Shown piece after piece: positions 1-16,022 of a stretch of 64,000 nt of DNA. This stretch comes from the human T2T-CHM13v2.0 reference genome, Homo sapiens, in assembly GCF_009914755.1 (NCBI RefSeq), contig NC_060925.1; one strand, 5' to 3'. Each line of letters opens with the position of its first letter. The first letter of the stretch is position 1. The notes beneath the pieces are model-generated. The model was not told the DNA's origin, ran no database searches, and saw only the letters and a list, made by a program, of their open reading frames with translations. A program made the position numbers and the translations under genes.

Positions 1-119
1 AACCCATTTCTCAGCTTCCATTTACAGGCCAGCTCTTCAAGAATTGTCTGTGTTAAGGGGCTTCAAACTTGTATGGTTCACCTGCCTGCAGAAGAGAATT
101 TTGAAAAATTGTGTACTCT

Positions 120-506
<387 letters not shown>

Positions 507-532
507 CTAAATAATCAGCCACACACTCTGAA

Positions 533-539
<7 letters not shown>

Positions 540-574
<35 letters not shown>

Positions 575-967
575 GCTTAGTAAAATACCCACAACGTAAA
601 AATTTACCGTCTTAACCATTTTTAAGTGTACAGTTGGGTAGTGTTAAGCTAAGTAATAGTCACACTGTTGTGCAACCAATCTCTGGGATTTTTTATCTTG
701 CAAAATTCAAACCCTAATCCCATTAAATGACAACTTTCCATTCCCTCTTTTCCCCAGCCCTTGGCAGCAACCATTCTACTTTCTGTTTATACGAGTTTGA
801 CTGTTCTGGATATCTCATATAAGGAAAATCATATAGTATTTGTCTTTTTGGTGACTGGCTTACTTTACTAAACATAATGTCGTCAAAGTTCATCCATGGA
901 GTGACATGTGTCAAAATGTATATCCTTTTTGTGGCTGAATGATACTCCATTACATGTATACACCAAG
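540..967 (-). mobile_element. 5'-truncated old L1 (L1MA/MB-type) 3' end with (TTA)n-expanded tail
   Basis: L1M 3'UTR-like sequence, (TTA)n at ~535-573, exact 13-bp TSD TCTGAATTTTATT at 527-539 and 968-980. Confidence 0.8.
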
Positions 968-3900
968 TCTGAATTTTATTTCACTCTGAAATGAGGTTTT
1001 TGTTTATTCAACAAATATTTACTGAGTACCTACTATGTTTGTGTATATACAGCTCTGGATGGACAATGTGAACCAGAAAGATAAAAAGCTCAAAATCTAG
1101 CAAAGATTTAAAAGGAGACTCACTCTCCTGTCCCATCTTTTGATTCATCACTCGAGCCTGTGGGTCAGAATATCAAGTTTGCACCTGAATCCCAAATCCC
1201 AGTGTTTCAATTTAGAACCTGAGACTATCTAGTTCCAGACTCCATGAATACAAACACATCTTGAGATCCTTCCCTGTACCAACTCACTCCCTCATAAGGG
1301 CTCCCTTATAAGGGCTGCATACGTGTCTGTATCTCTCATGAGATGTAAAGCTCTTTGCAAATAAGAAACAACTGTGACTTTGTTCTATATCATCAGTCTT
1401 TAACAAGGTGCTTGGCACCTAGAAATGCTCAATAATTGTTTTTTAATGTTTACTCCTAAAGCTGGTCTTATTTGTTTAAAATTCTTCAAATAATTCAAAA
1501 TTCAAATTTAAAATAATCCCAAAACTATTTCTTGCTACTATGTGTCAGGCCCTGTTCCAGGAGTCAGAACTAAAACAAAGAACAAAACAAGCTTGATCCA
1601 TACTCTTATCACACATTCTAGTTGGGGGTTAGAAGAACCAATAATAAGTAAAAATAATAAGAGAAATATCAGAAAGAGAAATGATTAGAATAGGGTGCTA
1701 GAGTCATAGGGGCTTGGGTTCATCCTGCTTTATACAGGGAAGATCAGGAAAGTCTTCTCCGCAGAAGTGTTCATTGAGCAGAGATATGAATGACAAGAAG
1801 GAATGAAGGAGGGGAAGGTCACAGGGAAGAGCATGCTAGGCAGAAGACACAGAGTGTGCAGAGGCCCTGTGGCAGGAAGATCATATTGAAGCAGGTAAAA
1901 TTTATCGTTTTCTTAGTTTAGAGGTGTGGCAACCAAGTCTAGGAGACAGATAGTGATTTGTTCACCTCTCACAGAAGGGAATTGAGTATAATCAGAAAGT
2001 AGTTATCATAGTTAAGGGGTTAGCAGATATTTAACAAAGCAGTTCAATCCTCTGAGCTATAGAAAAGAAATAGCCTGTCTGAACTTGATCCAAACTAAAG
2101 CCACTCTTCTCATTTTACAGCCCCCCACACTGGGCCATCTGTTTCATCCACCTCTCAAGGCTTATCTCCCCCTACCATCTCTGAGTTTTTGACTCCTAAA
2201 AGCCTATCTCCAATCCCAGATGTCTATTGTGAGCTGGAAGTTCCAGCTCCAAACTGGAATGCAAGCATTATTCTCTTTTGTACATTGCTCTGTGTCCAAA
2301 CACAACTCTGAATTTGTATTTGTCTGGCACATAGTAGTTGCTCAGTAAATATATTTGAATGAATACATGAATAATGAACTTCAGACCTATTTATCCAACT
2401 CTTTACCAGATTTGTCCACCTTAAGATCCCACAAACACCTCAAGTTCAACATATCCAAAACAGTAATGATCTCTACCACTTTCTCCTCCAAATTACCCTT
2501 TCCCTGTTTTCCCTCTGTCTCTGAGATCAGTACAAACTCCACCAAGTCTAGGAGAGAAACAAGACAGAAACATGAGCAATATGTTTGATTTGTTCTTTTT
2601 CCACCTGTATCCAATAGTCTTCTCAGTTCTAACTCTTCATATTTCTAGAATCCATATCTGGTTCTCCCTACCTTCTGGGTATGCCTTGGCTAAAAATCTC
2701 ATCACTTCTCCCCTGAATTATTATGATAGTCATCTAATTGTTCATTTCTTTCTGTCTCTCCTATGTAAACCATTTTTCAACTATTCCGTATAATACCTAC
2801 CAGGGTGATCACTTTAAAAAATATTTTATTAATTTGTAAAAGCTACACATTAATTCTTATATGGAAAATGCAGAAAATTTTGAAAAAAAAATAGAAATCA
2901 CCAATAATCTCACTATACAGAAGTAACTACAGGTTTAAAATATTTTTTATACTGCTACTGCTAATAGTTTGGCTGTACATATAGATATTTCTTTTTCTTT
3001 CTTTCTCTCTTTTAAACTCAAACTGGGTCATTGTATTGAGCTTTGAAATTTTTGTTGACATTTTATTATGCATGCTTTTCTATACCCTTAAATGTTGTTG
3101 AATACATTTGAAATCTTTAAAATATTACATCAATTGACTATGTCATAATTCATTTGATCATTTCCCAATTATTTAACATTTAGATTGTTTACAATTTCAT
3201 TATTATAAAATGTTTCAATTCTTGTACATAATTTTTTTCTTAATCTCTGATTATTTCCTTATAAATTCCTAGACGTAAAATTATTAGATCAAAGGTTCTT
3301 GGTAAGTTTGCCAAGTTGCTTCAAAGTAACTTTTAAAAAATGCAAATCTAAACATGTTATTCTCTTTTTAAAATATCTAAATATAGATTTCAGAAAATAA
3401 TTCAGACTTCTTAGGTAGATATCCTGCATGATTTGTCCTCTATTTACTCTGACTTCAGCTTCTACCACTTGTGCACATGAGCCCTTTACCTCAACCACAT
3501 CAAACTGCATAACATGACCTTTGGACGATGTTGTGTTCTTTGTCTAGAACACCATGCTTCATTTCCTTCATCTAGTCAATTTCTACTTGTTGCTTCAAAA
3601 TTTAACATTAAGCACCATCTATATAAAATATATAATAAAATATCTTCCATTTTAATACTTGCAGTGAGTTAATTTCTATGCTAGAAAGTTCACTTTATTT
3701 AATCATCACCACCATTCTGCATAGGTATTATGTCCAATGTCCAACTGAAGAAATGGATGCTCGATTAGTAAGTGGCTTATGTAGTTAAGTGGTAGAGAGG
3801 AGATTTAAAATCAAGTTTATCTCACTGTAAGCCCATGCACTTTATCAGTGCAATTTGCTTCCTCTCTGATCTTCCTGTATTTTAGATTCATCTTATCTGG

Positions 3901-5069
3901 GTTTTTCATAGCATCCTAGGCTTACTTTTGTCTTTCTTTTTGTCCATAGGTCAATCTTGATGGTTAGACTGCAAATTTCTTAAGGGAAGGAACTATGGCT
4001 AATTCTCAGTGTAGGACCCAGTGAACATTTATTGAATGAATGATGAATGAATAAACAAACACTGATTGTACTCTTAGAACTCTGACCTTGGTTTTCCTTA
4101 ATTTCCTTTGCCGTCACTGATGATGACTTCATGAGCTTGTCTTCTTGGAGGATCAGCACTCATTTCCTCTGATGTCTTGATTCATGTTGGGGTCTTCCAA
4201 CTGAGCAGACATAACATCATGGTCATGAAACTCCTTTGCCAATAAAGGTGGACCCCAGACAGCATCCCATGAATCAAGCTGAAAGAGAGAGTGCCAGCAG
4301 TTAAGTTTCTGTTTGCCCACACATGCCAGAGAATGAGAGGAAAAACCCCACAGAAATAGAAGGCAGAGACTTAACGGGTTAGAAAGAGACCCCTGTGTGC
4401 AGCAGGAACTGGCCTCAAAGGATTAAAGAGAAAATGAAAAGTGAAAACTGGGCACACAAATTTTAATTGGATTTGAAGAGATCAGGTCTATGGGAACCAT
4501 TGTCCACCAAGGCTGTCCATTTGTGTCAAAACTCATTCCACCCTGTCCTCCCAACACCCTGAACCCAAGAGCAGTGTGGTGTTCACATAGATACAAATAA
4601 TTCTGGACCCCCCACCTCCATAGCAGTCACCTTCCATAGCAAGAGTTTCTGAATGAAAGCTGCTTGGACCACATATTCCATGGTTTGGCCACTAAAGTGG
4701 CAATTATCCTTTATTTCCCTTCTCCACTTTCACCACAAACATTGCATGCAGCATCTCCACAAATGCCACCTAATAGTTTGTGTCACCCACTCAGGAGAAG
4801 GAGAGTGAACATATGCATACACATGTATACTTAGACACACACACACAGACACACAAAGTTGTGTGGATATCCAATCATAATATATTTACAAGTACGTATA
4901 CATATTTGCACATATAATAACATAACACACACATACACTTCTGCATATAAACGAAAGGGGAGACTCTTTAGTCATCTATTCAATCAAAAAGTATTTAACA
5001 AGAACCTACTCTGTGCCAGCTACTATGTTCTAGCCTAAGGAAAAAATGAAGGATAAGACACTGTCATTG

Positions 5070-6397
5070 ACCAGAGATAAAGCCTCACACTTACAGCCAT
5101 CTGATCAACAAAGTTGACAAAAATAAACAATGGAGAAAGGACTCCTTATTCAATAAATGGTGCTGGGATAGCTGGTTAGCCATATCTAGAAGATTGAAAC
5201 TGGACCCCTACCTTTCACCATACTCAAGATGCATTAAAGATTTAAATGTAAGAACCCAAACTATAAGAATTGTGGAAGAAAATCTAGGAAGCACCTTCTG
5301 GACACTGGCCTTGGGAAAGAATTGATGACTAAGTCTTCAAAAGCAATTGTAACAAAAACAAAAATTGACAAGTGGTACCTAATTAAACTATAGAATTGCT
5401 GCACAACAAAAAGAAATGATCAACATAGTAAACAGACAATCCACAGAACAGGAGAAAATATTCACCAATTATGCATCTGAGAAAGGCCTAATATCCAGAA
5501 TCTATAAGGAACTTAAACAACTCAACAAACAAACAAACAAACAAAAACCCCATTAAAAAATGGACAAAAGACATAAACAGACACTTCTCAAAAGAAGACA
5601 CACAAGTGACCAACAAACATATGAGAAAATGTTCAACATCACTAATCATCAGAGAAATGTAAGTCAAAACCACAGTGAGATAACCATCTCATACCAGTCA
5701 GAATGGCTATTATTAAAAAGTAAAAAAAAAAAAAAAACAGATGTTGGCAATGCTGTGGAGAAAAGGGAGCACTTTTATACACTGTGGGTAGGAATGTAAA
5801 TTAGTTCAGCCACTGTGGAAAGCAGTCTGGAGGTTTTTCAAAGAACTTAAAACAGAACTACTATTCAACCCAGCAATCCCAATACTGAGTATATATCCAA
5901 AAGAAAACAAATCTTTCTACCAAAAAGACACATGTGTTCACATGTTCATTGCAGCACTATTCACAATAGCAAAGACATGGAATGAACCCAGGTGCCCATC
6001 AATGGTGAACTGGATAAAGAAAATGTGATACATATACACCATGGAATAGTATGCAGCCATTAAAAAAATGGAATCATGTTCTTTGCAGCAACGTGTCTGC
6101 AGCTGGAGGTCATTACCCTAAGTTACTAATGCAGGAACAGAAAACTAAATACCAGATCTTCTCACTTAAATGTGGGAGCTAAACATTGAGTACTCATGAG
6201 CATAAGGATGGCAACAATAGACATTGAGGACAACCAGAGCAGGCAGGGACAGAAGAGGGCAAGATTTGAAAAACAAACTATTGGGTACTCTGCTCATACC
6301 TGAGCAATGGGATAATTTGTACCCCAAACCTTAGCATCATGCAATATACCCAGGTAGCAAACCTTCACAGGTACCCCCTGAATTTAAAATAAAAGTT
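5070..6397 (+). mobile_element. L1 (L1PA/PB-type) 3' fragment: ORF2 C-terminal region and 3'UTR
   Basis: Typical L1 motifs (TTCAATAAATGGTGCTGGGA, CCCAGCAATCCC, CACAATAGCAAAGACATGGAA), ending in AATAAAAG. Confidence 0.92.
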
Positions 6398-6401
6398 AGG
6401 A

Positions 6402-6822
<421 letters not shown>

Positions 6823-7107
6823 TTACAGAGCAAGAAAGAAGTAGAAGGCCGGCAAAGCCATTCAATCTAACCTCAGGGCTCAGTTTTCCTGGTGAAGGTG
6901 GAGGTGGATCTGATCCTTGAAGAGGACTAGGAAGAAGTAAATACATATGCCAAAGCAAAGTGGTATGAGTTTGGGAAAACTGCAAGTAGTTCAGAATGGC
7001 TGGATTTTAGGGGACAAAAGGAAAGGAGGATGTGTTGAAAGAAATAGTGGTAGAGAGATAGGCAAGTTCTAAATCATGAAAGGAATCTCATGCTGAAATT
7101 CCAAATC

Positions 7108-7394
7108 TTTTTTTTTTGAGACAGTCTTGCCATGTTGTCCAGGATGGAGTACCATGGCACAATCTCCACTCACTGCAACCACCACCTCCGGGGTTCAAGC
7201 GATTCTCCTGCCTCAGCCTCCTGAGTAGCTGGGATTACAGGCATGTGCCACATATGGCTAATTTTTGTACTTTTAGTACAAACGGGGTTTCTCCATGTTG
7301 GCCAGGCTGGTCTTGAACTCCTAACCTCAGGTGATCCTTCCGTCTCTGCCTCCCAAAGCGTTGGGATCATAGGCATGAGCCACAGCGCCTGGCC
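7108..7394 (-). mobile_element. AluS
   Basis: Reverse Alu consensus; TSD TGAAATTCCAAA. Confidence 0.92.
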
Positions 7395-7562
7395 TGAAAT
7401 TCCAAACCTAATAACATGGCAGACTTAGCTAATCCAGAACTACCTTCTCCAGAAAGAAAAAAAAATACATAAAAAAACAACTTTCTCTTCCCATTAATAT
7501 ATGACCAGATCCAAAGAAGCTTCATAAATCAGAAAGAAAAGAGGAGTATAAAACCAAAGTAA

Positions 7563-7838
7563 GGCCGAGTGCAGTGATTCATGCCTTGGGGGCTGATCAC
7601 TTGAGGCTAAGAGTTCCAGACCAGCCTGGCCAACATGGTAAAACCCCCTCTCTGCTAAAAATACAAAAATTAGCCAGGCATGGTGGAACGTGCCTGTAAT
7701 CCCAGCTACTCAGGAGGCTGAGGCATGAGAATCCATGAACCTGGTAGGCGGAGGTTGCAATGAGCCCAGGTCACACCACTGCACTCCAGCCTGGGCTACA
7801 GAGCAAGACTCTTTCTCAAAACAAAAACAGCAACAAAA
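7563..7838 (+). mobile_element. AluS with internal deletion in the left arm
   Basis: Alu consensus lacking the GTAATCCCAGCACTTT segment; TSD-like AAAACC(A/T)AAGTAA. Confidence 0.88.
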
Positions 7839-7999
7839 ACCTAAGTAATACCTTCAGGCTGAAGTTGAAGTTAGAGAAGTAGAGGCCAAATCATTCAGTG
7901 TTATGTATCTATCTAAGCAGTATGAACTATTTTTTGTAAGTTTTCTGTAAAGAGTTTTGAAAGAGAATGGCGTGATTAGATTTGCCTAGCCCAGGGCCA

Positions 8000-8990
8000 A
8001 AGAAACCCCTGTGTCTCCTTCCTGACAGAAGCAAACACAAAACTGCTTTCTAGAGATCAGGCCATATGAGACTCGCAGAGAAAACACAAGCCCTGCTATA
8101 GATAAGCTCACAATAAAAAATTATAAACCATACAAGTGCATCCTATTTAGTGTCGAAAATGAAAATTAAAACCCAAAAAGATTTTTCTTATTCATCCTTA
8201 TCAGACTGGTAATATTTAAAAGTATAACAATAACTGTGTCATACTTTCAAACAGTTGAGAATGGAAGTCCATTGTCAATCTCAGATGCTGCTGCTAAAAG
8301 TATAAATTTGATATAACTGTTTTGAAGAGCACTTTGGCAATATTTATTAAAGTCGAGATGTATATAATTTACCATGCAGTGATTTCATTGCTAAATCCAT
8401 TGAGACTAAAACTCTCCCTTACTTGGATAAGGAGAAAACTTAAGGTTTCTGTTACTTCATTGTTTGTAACAGTGAAAAACTGGAAACAACCTAAATGTCC
8501 ATCAATATTATAATGAACAAGTTATGGTTTATTCATATATAATGACACCACAGAGTGGCTAAAATGAACCACACCAGGTCTGTGTGCCATCACATATACA
8601 GTGCAAAATACAACATGGAATGATCAGAATATATAGTCAAAATACATACTACTTTAATAATATTTACATGTATATGCATTTAAAACTCACAACTGGTTCT
8701 TTATATGGCACGTGGATGCATACATATTTTGGATCAAGTAAGAAAACCTAAATTTAAAAGACACATACCAAAATTCAGGATAATGGTTACCTTGGGGAGG
8801 GACTGTGTGGAATGGAGTAAATGGGCTTAAATGTTATCTCCATGTTTTATTTCCTAACAACAACATTTGATCCAGAAAAATAGGGCCCAATGCTAATTTG
8901 TTATAGCTGAGTGCTAGGCACAGGGGTCTCATGTTATTCTCTGTATTATAGTATATTTTCAAAATAAAACAAAATTTAAAAATAAGAATA
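8000..8990 (+). mobile_element. Degenerate old L1M(E) fragments
   Basis: Motifs such as AAAAACTGGAAACAACCTAAATGTCCATCAA; limits approximate. Confidence 0.6.
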
Positions 8991-9289
8991 AATTCCATGC
9001 TAAGCATTTTATTCCCTAAGCAAGTGAGTGACATAGTTTAGATTTGTGCTTTGGAAAGCTCCCCCAACCTCTGAGTGGAAGAGGTCTTAGCAGACGGTAA
9101 ATGGAGGCAGGAAGACCCCGTAAGAAGGCTGTTTGCAATAGGCTAAGAAAGAGTTAATGAGGTCTGGCACAGGTTAGTGGTCAGGGATGGATTTGAAAGC
9201 TATTTAAGCGGTAATATTGCCAATATACTACCAGTCTCCTTTTTCTTTTGGTGTTTAAAAATTTTGTTTGTACAAGTTTCCCTCATTTC

Positions 9290-10080
9290 TCCTTTTCAAT
9301 GAACTATGACCTACAAATAGACAAGTGCATAAATCATAAGTATGCAGCTTAACACATTTTCACACAGTGACCACCACCCAGATCAAGTCTTCTCCCAGTC
9401 AATGTATAGCCCCAAAGGTAACCACAAATCAGAGTTCTATCACCATAGATTAGTTTTGCCTGTTTTAAACTTTATAAAAATGAGCCCATATAGTATGTAT
9501 TGTTTTGTGCCTGGTTTCATTCATTCAATATTCTTTTTGTGCAATTCACTCATATTGTTGTATGTCTAAGAGTTTGTTGGTTTTTATTGCTAAATAGTAT
9601 TTCTTCAAGTGAATATTTAATTCCATTATTTAATTGGTGCTCAGTTGTGAATGGGGACTTGGGTTTCTTCCAGTTTGGGACAGTATTGTCATGAGCACTC
9701 ATGTACATGTCTTGTTGTGCACACATATTTCCTTCTGTTGGATATGTATTTTAGGAGTGAAATTTCTGGAGAATAGCGTGTGTGTATTATTGGCTTTAGT
9801 AAATACTGGAAAGGTTTTCCGAAGTGATAGTACAAGTGTACATGCCCAGCAGCAGTGAATGAGAGTTCCAGTTGTTTCACATCCACACCAACACTTGGTA
9901 CCACTCGCTGTTTTTTGTTTTCTGTTTTTTGACTTTAGACAAGAATATCATAGATATGCAATGATATTTCATTGTAATTTTAATTTGCATTTTCCCATGA
10001 CTAAAAAGTTGAGCATGCTTTTATATGTTTATCTCCCACTTGTATATCCTGTTATGAAGTTTTAAAAATAGGTTGTCTCT
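9290..10080 (-). mobile_element. Degenerate old L1M fragment
   Basis: Motifs GAATGAGAGTTCCAGTTG and TTTTAATTTGCATTTTCCCATGACTAA; limits approximate. Confidence 0.7.
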
Positions 10081-10169
10081 CTTGTTCTTATTATTTACAC
10101 AGTTTGAGAATCAAAAGAATACCACCAAAGCCTCCCTGATACTAATATTTATCTCTGATAATTCACTCA

Positions 10170-11262
<1,093 letters not shown>

Positions 11263-11811
11263 AGGTCCAGGTCTTTCTGATTCCTTCCATGTCACAGCAC
11301 TTCATAAAGGCCCCTCCTCCCCATCACACTACTGGGATTATTTACTCATTATTTACTAGACCTACATTCTAGGCTCTCGGCTCCTGAAAGGCCGGGCTCT
11401 TTTCATTCATTTTGTTGGGTCAGTGCCCTAACCAGACTTTAGCTCTAGGTGGGTCTCAGGGAAGCCCTCCTCAATAGCAGGTCCTCCTGCTGAGAGCTCT
11501 CATAGCTCCTCCTGCATTCTTTCTTCAGAACACTCATCCCATTTCTTAATTACATATTTGTAATTTGACTGTTTGTATTCGTCTTTAGACTATAAGCTCC
11601 TCGAAGCTGGCATCCCATTTTATCTACTGTTTTACTTCTGGTGTTTACCAGTGCCTGGTACACAGGAAGTGACTAATAAATATTAGTCAATGGATAATTG
11701 AAGTCATTTAGATCAGAATCCCAGATCTATCCCATATTAGATGTGTGAACTGAAACAAGATTCTTAACAGCTTCAGTTTCTCACTCAGTAAAATGAGACT
11801 ATTCATAGCTA

Positions 11812-12120
11812 CATTTTTTATTTTGTATTTTTTTATTGATATATCATAGTTGTACAAACATTTGGAGTACATGTGATACTTTGATACATGTGTGTGATAT
11901 ACAATGATCAAATCAGGGTAATGGGGATATCCATCATCTAAAACATTTATCTTTTCTTTATGTTGGGAACATTGCAATTCTTCTCTTCTAGTTATTTTGA
12001 AATACACAATAAATTATTGTTAACTACAATTTCTCTAACATACTATCCAATATTAGAACTTACTCCTTCTATCAATTGTATTTTTTTACCTATCAACCAA
12101 CTTCTCTTCATTTCCCCCCA
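11812..12120 (-). mobile_element. L1MA-type 3' end fragment inside a MIR
   Basis: T-rich tail followed by L1MA 3'UTR-like sequence. Confidence 0.75.
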
Positions 12121-12694
12121 ATCCTATCTACTTTAACAGTGGTTTTTGAAGATTTAAATGAAGCAGACTGCATGAAAGTACCTGCGTCAGGATTTTGCAC
12201 ATAAACAGTTCTTTGGAAATACTTTGGAATCAACGAATGAATGTACGAATTTATTCTAACTGGCAGGAATCTTATGCAGATTTCTAGCTGTTAAAGTTTT
12301 TGTTTTTTTCCATCTCTACCTCAGAGGAAATTTAAGTCCTCATTAATTCCTAAGGACAGGGTCAATGTTTTGCAATTCTCTATGTCCCTGCAGCCTGTTT
12401 AATTGGATGGTTACCAAGAATCATGTGACTTTTTGACCCGGGTGATGATTAATTGGTTCAAAATTGCCGGGAACTATTCAGTGCCAGGCAGACATGCAGG
12501 ATTTGCAGAGGATAAGACTTGCTTCTGCCCCTGAGAATCTGACAGTCTTGATACAGATCTTTATGCATGCAATTTTGGTACATTAAGCTAAGAGGTTACC
12601 GATGTCTGCACCCAGCATGCTCCGAGCCAAGCCCCGGAGGAGTGTGGCTTGGGGGAAGCACACCTGAACAGAGTCTGCAGGTTTAATGAGCAAA

Positions 12695-12870
12695 GAGTGG
12701 GGGTATTTCTCAAACCTTATTGTGCATGTAGATCACCTGGGGATCCTACCCAAAGGAAGATTCTGATTCTGTAGGTTGGGGTGGGGCAGGGGTTCTCCTA
12801 GGTCTATATTTCTACCAAGCTCCCCAGGGATACAAATGTTGTTAGTCCGTGAACCCCATTTAAAGAAGCA
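12695..12870. mobile_element. MER5A hAT-Charlie MITE
   Basis: TTCTCAAAC...ATCACCTGGGG...AGATTCTGATTC...GGGGTGGGGC pattern. Confidence 0.7.
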
Positions 12871-13486
12871 AGTCAAGGCTCACAGACTGCCATGAGCAAA
12901 GAGGTATAAAAACAGATCTTGTAAATCTCATCTTTAACGAGCAATAACCCAAGGCTCAGAGAGGTTAAGAAACGTGTCCAAAGTCACATCACATAGCCAG
13001 GAAGTGTCAGAGCCAAGACTGCAACCTGGGTCTGAGTCCCCAGGTCCTTGTTTCCTTCTCCACATCATGCTGCTCCTCACAATACCACGCAGCTCCATTG
13101 TTTCCTTAAGTCCGCATGAAACGGGGCTACTTCTCAAGTTTGGTTTGTCAAGTACTGTTGGAAGATAAAATGGAAAGACTGGGGTACTCGGATCGGGAGG
13201 CTTGGGCTCTGGTCTCACCAGTCCCTCCACTCCCTGGGTGCCTTCCCTCTCCTACCCCCACCAACAAGAGTTGTTCTGCCCCTCTGGACACTGGTTCTTC
13301 AGATTTGAAGTGAAAATTTGGCCTCTGGCCTTAAGGATCTTACTAGCTACATTTTGGGGCTCAAACGGACATCACCACTTATATAAAAATGCTGTGAAAT
13401 TGCTGAGCTATTCCAGGGGCTGGAGGGGACTGCATTGTCCAGCAGCAAAGAGCAGGCTGACCTTGGTGGCAAGAAACCAGACATGA

Positions 13487-13848
<362 letters not shown>

Positions 13849-13916
13849 CCTGCTGGATTTTGAAGTTGCTGGGGACTGATGACTTCTTTTTTCCGTCTAT
13901 TTCTCTCTCTCTCTCC

Positions 13917-14210
<294 letters not shown>

Positions 14211-14214
14211 TTCT

Positions 14215-14965
14215 CTCCCTTTTTAAATAGGAATGTCTATAACTGTTATTCTATGCCTGTTTCACCAGTGAATTTAGGGAGCAGATAACTTGTTTCTTAA
14301 TTTTCACAGGTTCATAGAGAGCAATGTATTCCAGGGTGGATTAAACATGGAGCCTCCTTTTTACCTAATTTGAATGGGTTAGTTTAGATGATGAGATTTG
14401 GGGTGTTTAAGTTGTTAAGATTTAGGATTTTGACTTGATACTGCCATATCCTAGGTCTTTAGGGGATGTGGGGATAGGGTGATCTGTTTTGCATTTGGGA
14501 TGGATGTGAATCTTTTGAGGGCCAGAGGGTGAACTCTGGTACTCTGAATAATGGTTCCCGAAATATGGCCATGTCTTAGATCCCTGGCATCTGTGAATAT
14601 ATGTTCCATGGCAAAGAGGAATTAAGGCAGCAGATTGAATTAAGTTTGCCAGTGAACTGACTTTAATATAGGTGATTATCCTAGATTATGAGCAGGTCTG
14701 TGTAATCAGCAAGGAGGGCCTTTACATGTGAAAGGGGTGGCAGAAGAGGAGAACCAAAGAGATGGCAGGGTGAGGACTCTACCCAATGTTGCTTCCTCCA
14801 TGTGAACATGAAGAGGGCCACAAGCCAGGGAAAGTGGGTGGCCTCTAAAAACAGAAAAGGCAAGGAAACAGCTTCTTGCCTAGAGCCTCCAAGATTGTAA
14901 GACAATACATCTATGCTGTTTTACGTTTGTGGTAATTTGTTATAGCCGCTATAGCAAATTAATAT
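14215..14965 (+). mobile_element. MLT1 (MLT1D-like) LTR (~14535-14965) preceded by probable MLT1-internal 3' sequence
   Basis: CTGAATAATGG...GGCAAAGAGGAATTAAG...TTTGTGGTAATTTGTTATAGC; purine tract GGCCAGAGGG before the LTR. Confidence 0.7.
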
Positions 14966-15608
14966 AAGACCTATCCTACAATTTAATGCTCTAGGATCTT
15001 AGACTAATCATTTCATCTTTGCATTCTTTAGTATTCTTTCTTTCTCAAAATAACTGCTGTGAAGATCAGACAGAACAAATAGGCAGAAATCCCTGGCACA
15101 CAGGTGCTCAATAAATGTGAATTTCTAGCTTCCCCTTTTCTTCCAGGTTGGAGAAACACAAGGAAGGGAAGCAGGAGCCACAGGCCATTCTCAGCCTTCC
15201 TTTGATGTGGGCTGTGTACAGGATTCCCTCAGTAAGCTCCCCCAGCATACCTTATCTAGAGTGAGGGCTGCTTATCTGCCCTCGGGGTTCCTACAGCTCC
15301 TACCTCTCTGATGGAAAAATCCTCTTTAGAATACAAAAGCTCTTTAGAAGAGCCTGAGATGAGGGTAGAGCCAGGGCCTCATTCTGCAAACAGGCTTTCA
15401 GAGATGAAAGAGCAGGGCAGACATCGGTATCTACCCTATGACCACCACATTTCCCACTGAAAAAAATCAGGAGTTGGTGCGCTGAGATGAGGCAAGCCCA
15501 CTCAAAGAGGCCAGCCCGCGATGCTTCCTTCTCCTACCCACACACCTGAGACAAACATCTCTCAAACACTCCAGGCTTGCAAGTCCTTAATTAGTTGTGT
15601 TACGAGCT

Positions 15609-15614
15609 TTTATT
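15609..15614 (-). terminator. Distal polyadenylation signal AATAAA of PLPP3
   Basis: TTTATT on the + strand. Several upstream UGUA motifs (TACA at 15631, 15651, 15673, 15701, 15716) and GU-rich sequence downstream (~15540-15570). Confidence 0.88.
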
Positions 15615-16015
15615 TAAAAAGCACATTTAATACAAGTATAGTTTCGCAGATACAAGTTTTCACTTTGTATGCTACAAAAGTCTTTGAATATTATTCTCTT
15701 TACAAAATGGAACCTTACAAAAATACTGACAATTTAATGTTTTTATACAGTTTTCTCTAGTTGCAGTTATTTCATTATAAAACAATGTCTACCACAGAAC
15801 TATGATATTTTAGTTGATATTTAAAAAAATTAACTCAATGCTTTTTTAAGCAGCTAATGTAAATAACACAGGTCGAGACACAGTTTATAATCATAGTGGA
15901 TATAGCTAAATTGTTTCAGAAATAATATCTTACATAGTTAACTTTTAATGTTTTATACATTATTTATATAATATTTATATATAAAAATCATAGCTTGCTA
16001 TAAGTTGAAATGAAA

Positions 16016-16022
16016 GGACGGA
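16016..16022 (-). promoter_or_regulatory. miR-184 7mer-m8 seed match (UCCGUCC) in the 3'UTR
   Basis: GGACGGA on the + strand equals miR-184 nt 2-8. Confidence 0.6.

Noticed and set aside
5488-5799. ORFs in the L1 region
   Set aside because: Frameshifted or antisense readings of a truncated, inactive L1.
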